A stretch of DNA of 9,315 bases from Candidatus Odinarchaeia archaeon (lineage in GTDB: Archaea; Asgardarchaeota; Odinarchaeia; Odinarchaeales; Odinarchaeaceae): positions 1-9,315 of the forward strand of contig JAHQXC010000053.1 in NCBI GenBank assembly GCA_029856525.1, read 5' to 3'. A program made the position numbers and the translations under genes. Below the pieces are notes generated by a model, which was not told the origin of the DNA, did not search any database, and saw only the letters and a list, made by a program, of their open reading frames with translations. Of the stretch, positions 1 to 5,889 are shown piece by piece (within the stretch, counting starts at the first letter, position 1; the number at the start of each line of letters is the position of its first letter).

Positions 1-991
1 TCCTTAGGTCAGCTATTGTTCTAGCTCCTACAAGATACATTGTAATTTTAAGTTGTTGTATAATATTACTAAGATAGTTTCTAAGATGATCCATTCCTTT
101 AGCAGCCGCCCTTAGAAACGGGAGGGATATGCTCACCGCTTCTGCTCCTAAAGATAAACTTTTAGCTATATCAATCCCTGTTCTTAAACCGCCTGAAGCT
201 ATTACAGGTATTTTAACAGAATTAGCGCATTCAATTAAACTTACCGCTGTAGGGATACCCCAATCCCAGAATATTTTACCCAGTTCGCTTCCTCCACGGA
301 TATACTCTACTGCAGACCAGCTTGTCCCACCAGCCCCGCTAACATCTATAGCTGAGACACCTGCATCTTCTAGTTTTTTAGCATCCTCCCAGCATATTCC
401 AGCACCGGTCTCTTTAACAATAACTGGAATCGATAGCTTCCTTGTTATTCTAGCTAGATTTTCTAGAAAATTAGTGAAACTAGTCTCTCCCTCTAATTGA
501 ATAGATTCCTGTAAACAATTAAGATGGATCGCTAAAGCGTTCGCAGATATCATATTAATGATTTCCTCTAACTCGAAGTCTCTGAGAGATGATATTTGAG
601 GAGCTCCTATGTTGGCTATTAAAAAAGAGTTTGGGGCGGCTTCTCTAGCTATTCTATATGTTTCAGCTAACCTGCTATTATTTAAAGCCGCTCTCTGACT
701 ACCCACCCCCATTCCTATTCCATATTCTTCAGCTAATTCTCCGAGTTTACGGTTAAATTCTAAAGCTTTAACATGCCCACCGGTCATAGCGCCTATTATT
801 ATCGGATATTTCAATCGAAAGCCTAAGAATACGCTTTCCAATTTTATTTCATCCATTTTAAATGTTGGAACAGCTCTATGAATAAAGTAGATGTCTTCGA
901 AGCCTGTGGTTTTAGTCTGACATTCAACATCGCTGTTGATGCATATATCTAAGTGATCGGCTTTCCTGTTTTCAATTCTATCTTCAGGCAT
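1..991 (-). CDS. fni: Type 2 isopentenyl-diphosphate delta-isomerase (IDI-2, FMN-dependent); 3' end runs off the left edge
   Basis: Translated by hand from ATG at 991; the frame is open for 330 codons to the edge: MPEDRIENRKADHLDIC...IIGAMTGG...GVGSQR...ANIGAPQ...AIHLNCLQE...VIVKETGAG...GAGGTSW...FWDWGIPT...IASGGLRTGIDIAKSLSLGA. These are IDI-2 family motifs. SD AGGTG at 1005-1001. Absent from the ORF track because there is no stop in the window. Confidence 0.97.
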   Translation of the reverse strand, partial: MPEDRIENRKADHLDICINSDVECQTKTTGFEDIYFIHRAVPTFKMDEIKLESVFLGFRLKYPIIIGAMTGGHVKALEFNRKLGELAEEYGIGMGVGSQRAALNNSRLAETYRIAREAAPNSFLIANIGAPQISSLRDFELEEIINMISANALAIHLNCLQESIQLEGETSFTNFLENLARITRKLSIPVIVKETGAGICWEDAKKLEDAGVSAIDVSGAGGTSWSAVEYIRGGSELGKIFWDWGIPTAVSLIECANSVKIPVIASGGLRTGIDIAKSLSLGAEAVSISLPFLRAAAKGMDHLRNYLSNIIQQLKITMYLVGARTIADLR

Positions 992-1000
992 GTATTAAAA

Positions 1001-1005
1001 CACCT
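1001..1005 (-). promoter_or_regulatory. Shine-Dalgarno site for fni
   Basis: AGGTG ending 9 nt before ATG 991; matches the anti-SD core of the 16S rRNA 3' end. Confidence 0.65.
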
Positions 1006-1030
1006 ATTTTATTTGAAGACTCGCATGTTA

Positions 1031-1843
1031 TTAACGCTTACACCAGTTTTTGAACCTTGTACAGTTAATATCAGAGCTATTTAATATTTTACTTATATTA
1101 CCTGGTGTTCTAGCGTTAACTATATATATGTCTATTCCATGCTTAGCGACCCTGACAAGTTCTCTAACTTTACCGTACATTCCACCGGTTACATCTATCC
1201 GGTTTTTAGTAGTCGACTTTAAAATTTTTAGAATATCCTGGTAGTTTTCAGGATTTAACTCTCGGATCAGCTGGGCTTCAGGATTTATTTTAGGATCACT
1301 TGAATAGATTCCGTCAACGTCTGTTCCGAGAATTACTCTATTAGCTTTAAGCTTAATAGATAAATAGCTTACTATCTGATCCCCTGAGAGTATTGAAACA
1401 CCTCGCTCGGTGTCATATACAACGTCCCCGAATAAAACAGGTATGAGGCCCATCTCTAAAAAATAGTTTAGAGGGTAAAGAAAACTCTTGCATATTCTAC
1501 CATTCCTGGTGATAAAAATATTATGGGGGCTGCAGGAGATAACAGGGAAATCTTCTTGAATAAACATGTCAACTATAATCTTATTTAATGAGAGCATAGC
1601 CTGGCTTGTTTCAACTACACCTTTAACCTGCTCTCTGTTTTTAAGACCATTACTTAACATATATTTTATAGCAACAGGGTGTCCGAAAGACCCGCCGCCG
1701 TGGACTATAATAGTTTTTTCCTCTTTAACCGGCTTCATCTCACCGATAATACTTTTAATCGCGTTTAAGTCTACTGAGAATGGAGTATGCTTATCTGTTA
1801 TCACACTTCCACCGATTTTAATTATAGTCAATTTATTATTCAA
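1031..1843 (-). CDS. ipk: Isopentenyl phosphate kinase (amino-acid kinase family)
   Basis: KIGGSVITDK, VHGGGSFGHP (IPK-type His), PVLFGDVV, SGDQI, GTDVDGIY, DVTGGMYGKV. Lies between mvk and fni. TTG start with AGGTG 6 nt upstream; 8-nt overlap with the mvk 3' end. Confidence 0.93.
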   Translation of the reverse strand: MNNKLTIIKIGGSVITDKHTPFSVDLNAIKSIIGEMKPVKEEKTIIVHGGGSFGHPVAIKYMLSNGLKNREQVKGVVETSQAMLSLNKIIVDMFIQEDFPVISCSPHNIFITRNGRICKSFLYPLNYFLEMGLIPVLFGDVVYDTERGVSILSGDQIVSYLSIKLKANRVILGTDVDGIYSSDPKINPEAQLIRELNPENYQDILKILKSTTKNRIDVTGGMYGKVRELVRVAKHGIDIYIVNARTPGNISKILNSSDINCTRFKNWCKR

Positions 1844-2807
1844 TTCTTACACCTATATCAGTTATCTGAGTGATGTATGCTCTACCACCCGCCTCGGATA
1901 TTTTTGAAGCTATATTTTGAGAGATATCCGAGGGCGCTAAAGCCACTATGCAGCCTCCTCCGCCTGCTCCTGTTAATTTAGCACCGTAAGCGCCGGCCTC
2001 TCTGGCAGCGTAAACAAGTTTTTCAAGCTCGATTGTTGAGACTCCTAGAGACTCTAACAGAGCCTGGTTGATATTCAATAATTCACCTAGCTTTGAGAGA
2101 TCGGCTGCTTCTAAAAATTTTTTAGCCTGTAAACTTATTCTGCCAATAGCGGTTAATATTGGTTTAAATATCCCAGTGTATTTAAGATAATTTTCACGGA
2201 CTCTGCTGACCATTCCACCTGTATTCCGTTTCTTTAAAGTATCCCCTATGATTAACGGGATATTACCAGGTATTTTTACTTTTATTATACGCCCTTTTCT
2301 AAATAGAATACCTCCTCCGTAAACCGATACAGTGTTATCTATACCAGACGGGGAGCCGTGGACTATTTTCTCAGATTCGAAAGATAAACTTGAGATTTCA
2401 TTCTCTTTGAGATGAATGCCGAAGAATTCGCTAACAGCTTTCACAGTAGCCACAGCTACAGCTGCCGATGAGCCTAGCCCTGAAGCGTCAGGTATGCTTG
2501 AATCTATTAAAACCTCCACTCCATCTTTAATCCGTAATAATTTTAGCGTGTTAATAATACTTGTATAAATAGGTTGCAAATCACTCTCCACAATAATATT
2601 TCGATCAGCGGTTAGAGGTAAACATATTTTCTTATTAAACTGTTTAGCTTGAATAAGCGCTTTCCCTTTTTCATAAGGTTTAACTGTAGCTTTAGCGCGC
2701 ATGTCTATAGCTACCGCTAAAGCAGGTAAACCGTATACGACGCTATGCTCTCCAGTGAGTATACACTTTCCTGGAGCAGATGCAGTAACCTCCCCCATAA
2801 ATATCAT
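1836..2807 (-). CDS. mvk: Mevalonate kinase (GHMP kinase); the start may be the second Met at 2798
   Basis: ASAPGKCILTGEHSVVYG, P-loop PDASGLGSSAA, GSPSGIDN, GAKLTGAGGGGC. Adjacent to ipk and fni. Confidence 0.93.
   Translation of the reverse strand: MIFMGEVTASAPGKCILTGEHSVVYGLPALAVAIDMRAKATVKPYEKGKALIQAKQFNKKICLPLTADRNIIVESDLQPIYTSIINTLKLLRIKDGVEVLIDSSIPDASGLGSSAAVAVATVKAVSEFFGIHLKENEISSLSFESEKIVHGSPSGIDNTVSVYGGGILFRKGRIIKVKIPGNIPLIIGDTLKKRNTGGMVSRVRENYLKYTGIFKPILTAIGRISLQAKKFLEAADLSKLGELLNINQALLESLGVSTIELEKLVYAAREAGAYGAKLTGAGGGGCIVALAPSDISQNIASKISEAGGRAYITQITDIGVRIE
1850..1854 (-). promoter_or_regulatory. Shine-Dalgarno site for ipk, inside the mvk 3' end
   Basis: AGGTG-TAAGAA-TTG. Confidence 0.65.
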
Positions 2808-2817
2808 GCCAGTTCTA

Positions 2818-2857
2818 GTTTATAATTGAAAGGCGATTTATAGCCACCGTTTATAAT
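2818..2857 (-). promoter_or_regulatory. Candidate promoter region for mvk-ipk-fni (several TATA-like elements)
   Basis: ATTATAAAC at 2857-2849 and 2826-2818, and CTATAAAT at 2843-2836, in the 103-bp rps2-mvk gap. BRE is not convincing. Confidence 0.35.
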
Positions 2858-2910
2858 AGTAAAAATAGTAGACTGCATGGATTTATTTAAAATAAGCTGT
2901 TTAACACTGG

Positions 2911-3561
2911 TTAGAATACTTTTATCGGTGTTTGAAAATCTTCTATTTTCACTGGGAATTCAGCGTCGAAAGCTAATTCTCCTCTTTCTCGGAGTATTTG
3001 CCGGGCTAGTAACCAGAAGATTGTTGACAGCGCTTTCCTCCCTTTATTATTAGTTGGAATAATCAAGTCTACGTTATACGCGTTATTATCTGTGTCGCAT
3101 AAAGCTATAACCGGCATTCTAGCCCTTGCAGCCTCAGTTATCGCTTGAGCGTCTGCTCGAGGATCTGTAGCCACTAAAAGTTTAGGTTCCAGGAATTTCT
3201 TATATTCGGGATTGGTGAGAGATCCTGGTATGAAACGGCCTGCTATACACTTAGTTCTAGTTATAGAGCAGAAACGCTCCACAGGGCGTTTACCGTATTG
3301 CCTAGCTGAGACTACTACTACTTCAGCTGGATCATATCTAGCTATAAATTTAGCTGCGATCCTTATTCTTTCATCTGTTTTTTTAATGTCTAAGACGTAT
3401 AAGCCATCCGGTCTGACACGATATATGAAAGGCATCATTGATTTAGTTTTAATTTGGGTGCCTATGTGAACTCCACTAGCCAGGTACTGATCTAGAGGGA
3501 TTAGAAGCTCAGCTTCTATTTGCTGTTCTAAGTTATCTTCTGATAATTTAAACACCTCCAC
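2911..3561 (-). CDS. rps2: 30S ribosomal protein uS2 (S2P); true start uncertain (GTG 3561 or TTA 3546)
   Basis: YLASGVHIGTQ, FIYRVRPDGLYVLD, GRFIPGSLTNP, DPRADAQA, PVIALCDTDN, IPTNNKGRKAL. Confidence 0.98.
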   Translation of the reverse strand: MEVFKLSEDNLEQQIEAELLIPLDQYLASGVHIGTQIKTKSMMPFIYRVRPDGLYVLDIKKTDERIRIAAKFIARYDPAEVVVVSARQYGKRPVERFCSITRTKCIAGRFIPGSLTNPEYKKFLEPKLLVATDPRADAQAITEAARARMPVIALCDTDNNAYNVDLIIPTNNKGRKALSTIFWLLARQILRERGELAFDAEFPVKIEDFQTPIKVF

Positions 3562-3582
3562 TGTTATTCATAATCCTATTAA

Positions 3583-3598
3583 TTTATAAACATTTTAG
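3583..3598 (-). promoter_or_regulatory. Candidate internal BRE/TATA promoter upstream of rps2
   Basis: CTAAAATG followed by TTTATAAA (3590-3583). Standard archaeal spacing puts the TSS near 3562-3559. Confidence 0.5.
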
Positions 3599-3600
3599 AA

Positions 3601-3798
3601 TTAAAATTTTAGAATCTCGTCTATGGCATTTACATGTGAGAGTAGCATTCTTCTACAACAGTATCTGGTGAACCCCATTTCGTCGAGAACTTTCTTAGGG
3701 TCTTCACCTTTAAGAGTTCTCTCTTTAAACTCCTCCCATTTATCAGCTATAAGCTTCCCGCATGTGAAACATCTTACAGGAATAAGTATTTTGAACAC
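3601..3798 (-). CDS. rpoN: DNA-directed RNA polymerase subunit N (Rpo10); start may be ATA at 3789
   Basis: [11 protein letters not shown] and RYCCRRM Zn-binding motifs of the RpoN/RPB10 family; follows rps9 as expected. Confidence 0.97.
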   Translation of the reverse strand: MFKILIPVRCFTCGKLIADKWEEFKERTLKGEDPKKVLDEMGFTRYCCRRMLLSHVNAIDEILKF

Positions 3799-3810
3799 CC
3801 CCTAATCTGT

Positions 3811-4215
3811 TTACCTGTATGATTTCTGTTTTTTAGCTCTAGCACTCCGCCCTCCGAACTTCTTAGGCTCTGTTCGACGCGGATCACCTGCTAGCAGGGT
3901 TCTATCATAGTCTAAGAATTTTGCGCGTAAAGCTTCATCCTTCCTCCATTCCACTAAAGCTTTAGCTATCGCTGTTCTAACAGCGTCAGCCTGGCTCATG
4001 AAACCGCCGCCTCTGACTTTAACATCTATATCTATTTTACTAATAGCGTTCTCACCGGCTAATAATATAGGCTCCATTACCTTATATCGTGTGATCTCAT
4101 TACCGTAAACTTCTAATGGAACACTATTTATTCGAATTCGCCCAGAGCCTTCTTTAACAGTTGCTCTGGCTATAGCAGTCTTTCTTTTACCGCTTGTTAA
4201 AAGCACTTTAATCAT
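3811..4215 (-). CDS. rps9: 30S ribosomal protein uS9 (S9P)
   Basis: [48 protein letters not shown], terminal QKSYR. Confidence 0.98.
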   Translation of the reverse strand: MIKVLLTSGKRKTAIARATVKEGSGRIRINSVPLEVYGNEITRYKVMEPILLAGENAISKIDIDVKVRGGGFMSQADAVRTAIAKALVEWRKDEALRAKFLDYDRTLLAGDPRRTEPKKFGGRSARAKKQKSYR

Positions 4216-4217
4216 AC

Positions 4218-4661
4218 TTAATCGCCCTCGTAAACCCAGCCTAACTCTTTTGAAAGCTCTTCTATCGTAATATATTTATTTTTAAGTCTGTTAGCGCTAA
4301 TGTTTTTAATTGTTTCAACCTGCTCTAATTTAACCCCTTCCGGGACTCCTATGTATACTCTAAGCCTCTTATAAGCTTCTCTACCTCTTGTCGTTTTAAA
4401 CGGTAGCATCCCTCTCACAGTGCGTTTTAAGAGTCTATCAGGCCGCTTATAATGGAATGGACCCTTCCATGGAGCTGTAGCTGTTCTTATATTCGTTTTA
4501 GCCTTGTATTGAGCTATTACTTGATTTCTTTTACCTGAGATAACCGCCTTCTCCGCGTTTATGATCATTATTTTATCGCCTTCTAGCAGGCGTTTAGCTA
4601 CTATGCTTGAAAGCCTTCCAAGAATAGCGTTTGTAGCATCGATAACCTTGTATTCGCTCAT
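4218..4661 (-). CDS. rpl13: 50S ribosomal protein uL13 (L13P)
   Basis: [62 protein letters not shown] overlaps the rpl18e stop. Confidence 0.98.
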   Translation of the reverse strand: MSEYKVIDATNAILGRLSSIVAKRLLEGDKIMIINAEKAVISGKRNQVIAQYKAKTNIRTATAPWKGPFHYKRPDRLLKRTVRGMLPFKTTRGREAYKRLRVYIGVPEGVKLEQVETIKNISANRLKNKYITIEELSKELGWVYEGD

Positions 4662-4669
4662 ATAATCAC

Positions 4670-5023
4670 CTATTTAATTAATAATACTCTTTTACCCTCC
4701 GGGTTTCTCTCAATATAATCAGCTAAACTTATATATGTTGAACCTGACTTGGAGAGTTTTGTTAAAGCGGATTGAGAGATATTAACCGCGGTTATAGTGA
4801 CTTTTTTAGTTAGTTCACCTCGCCCCAGGATTTTTCCAGCGACAGCTATGATATCATTGTCATGCGCGATCCTGTTAATTTTATCCAAGTTGACTTCCGG
4901 GCGGATTCTCCTAGGCTTAGAAAGCTGTTCGGCTACAGCGCGCCAAACATTAGCCTTCGTCTTTTTCAATTTCATTATTAACTCTTGAATATTCTTATCA
5001 GTAGGCCCTGTTGGCTTAACCAT
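4670..5023 (-). CDS. rpl18e: 50S ribosomal protein eL18 (L18e)
   Basis: PTGPTD, VWRAVAEQLSKPRR, EVNLDKINR, GKILGRG. Coupled to rpoD by a TAATG overlap. Confidence 0.96.
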   Translation of the reverse strand: MVKPTGPTDKNIQELIMKLKKTKANVWRAVAEQLSKPRRIRPEVNLDKINRIAHDNDIIAVAGKILGRGELTKKVTITAVNISQSALTKLSKSGSTYISLADYIERNPEGKRVLLIK

Positions 5024-5838
5024 TATTTATCAACCTCGGATTTTCCTGTTATTATACTTCGAAGCTCGCTTAATTTATCGTCGAAGATTTTTAAAGCCTC
5101 TAAGAATATTCTTTCAGGGGGAAGTGCACCTGTCGACTCAACTGTGAACATAATATTATTTTTATCATATGATACGCGGATCGCGTTAGGTTTACATTTA
5201 TTAACGCATTCCAAACAGAGTATACAGGTATCAGCGTTTTCGATTACAACCTTATTCTTCTCTATTTTAAATATATTCTTAGGGCATTCTGACACGCAGG
5301 CGCCGCAGAGATTACATTTCCCAGTATCTAATTCAACGATAGGCTTATACTTATAGAAGCAAGCGGCCACAGGCTCCCATTTAGCGTGCTCTTTACCTGT
5401 TCCAAGTCTAGCGTAAGCTTCTAGTGTAAGCCTTTGACCGCGCGCCATTTTAGCTATCGGTATATTAGGGGTAACAGGGGTGACATTAACGTCATCGGAT
5501 TTAAGATCCCTTGAGTAAATTATTTCCCCGTCGGTCTCCGCTTTCTTATCAATTGAGAATACAACCTGGCATCTAGAGCAACCTACTCCTTGACAGCTAC
5601 ATTTATCTTTGAACGTATAACTGTCAAGATCTGTTTTTAATGGAATTAAACCTAATCTATGAGCTATTATTTCATCAAATAATGGGGTTGTATTCTCAGC
5701 TACGTAGATTTCGTCTATAGCCATAGTCGGGACCTCTGAGATCATGATCCGCCTTAGAGAATTGGCTATAGACACATCTACTCCTTCCAATGTGAAGCGG
5801 AGTATACCACCGTTTATAAACGTTTCTTTAATATTCAA
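5023..5838 (-). CDS. rpoD: DNA-directed RNA polymerase subunit D (Rpo3) with Zn-loop and 2x[4Fe-4S] ferredoxin-like domain
   Basis: ANSLRRIMISEVPTMAID, DEIIAHRLGLIPL, ARLGTGKEHAKW, FTVESTGALPP; CSCQGVGCSRC; CNLCGACVSECP and CILCLECVNKC. TTG start with GGTGAG upstream. Confidence 0.98.
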   Translation of the reverse strand: MNIKETFINGGILRFTLEGVDVSIANSLRRIMISEVPTMAIDEIYVAENTTPLFDEIIAHRLGLIPLKTDLDSYTFKDKCSCQGVGCSRCQVVFSIDKKAETDGEIIYSRDLKSDDVNVTPVTPNIPIAKMARGQRLTLEAYARLGTGKEHAKWEPVAACFYKYKPIVELDTGKCNLCGACVSECPKNIFKIEKNKVVIENADTCILCLECVNKCKPNAIRVSYDKNNIMFTVESTGALPPERIFLEALKIFDDKLSELRSIITGKSEVDK

Positions 5839-5844
5839 TACGGC

Positions 5845-5849
5845 TCACC
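5845..5849 (-). promoter_or_regulatory. Shine-Dalgarno site for rpoD, within a small hairpin
   Basis: GGTGA upstream of TTG 5838, inside TACGG-TGAG-CCGTA. Confidence 0.6.
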
Positions 5850-5874
5850 GTAATAATAGTGTATGCGATAATCG

Positions 5875-5889
5875 TATAAACAATATTTT
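5875..5889 (-). promoter_or_regulatory. Candidate BRE/TATA promoter for the rpoD-rps2 block
   Basis: AAAATATTG followed by TTTATA (5880-5875). The predicted TSS near 5852 gives a short leader that carries the SD. Confidence 0.5.

Noticed and set aside
129-500. 123-aa plus-strand ORF
   Set aside because: Antisense shadow of the IDI-2 gene; no recognisable motifs.
1050-1907. Plus-strand ORFs 1050-1244 and 1566-1907
   Set aside because: Antisense to ipk; their hydrophobic look comes from reverse-complemented Lys/Glu/Asn-rich codons.
2808-2910. Largest intergenic gap examined for a tRNA or other ncRNA
   Set aside because: Very AT-rich; no cloverleaf, T-loop or stable stem. TTATTT-A-AAATAA (2883-2895) is too low in complexity to call.
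3579-3593. Mini-ORF ATG TTT ATA AAT TAA after rpoN
   Set aside because: Four codons coinciding with the TATA element; expected by chance.
3212-3805. Plus-strand ORFs 3212-3469 and 3623-3805
   Set aside because: Fully antisense to rps2 and rpoN; no independent evidence.
4797-5356. Plus-strand ORFs 4797-4988 and 4985-5356, which overlap like an operon
   Set aside because: They mirror the coupled rpl18e and rpoD genes on the other strand; shadow ORFs.
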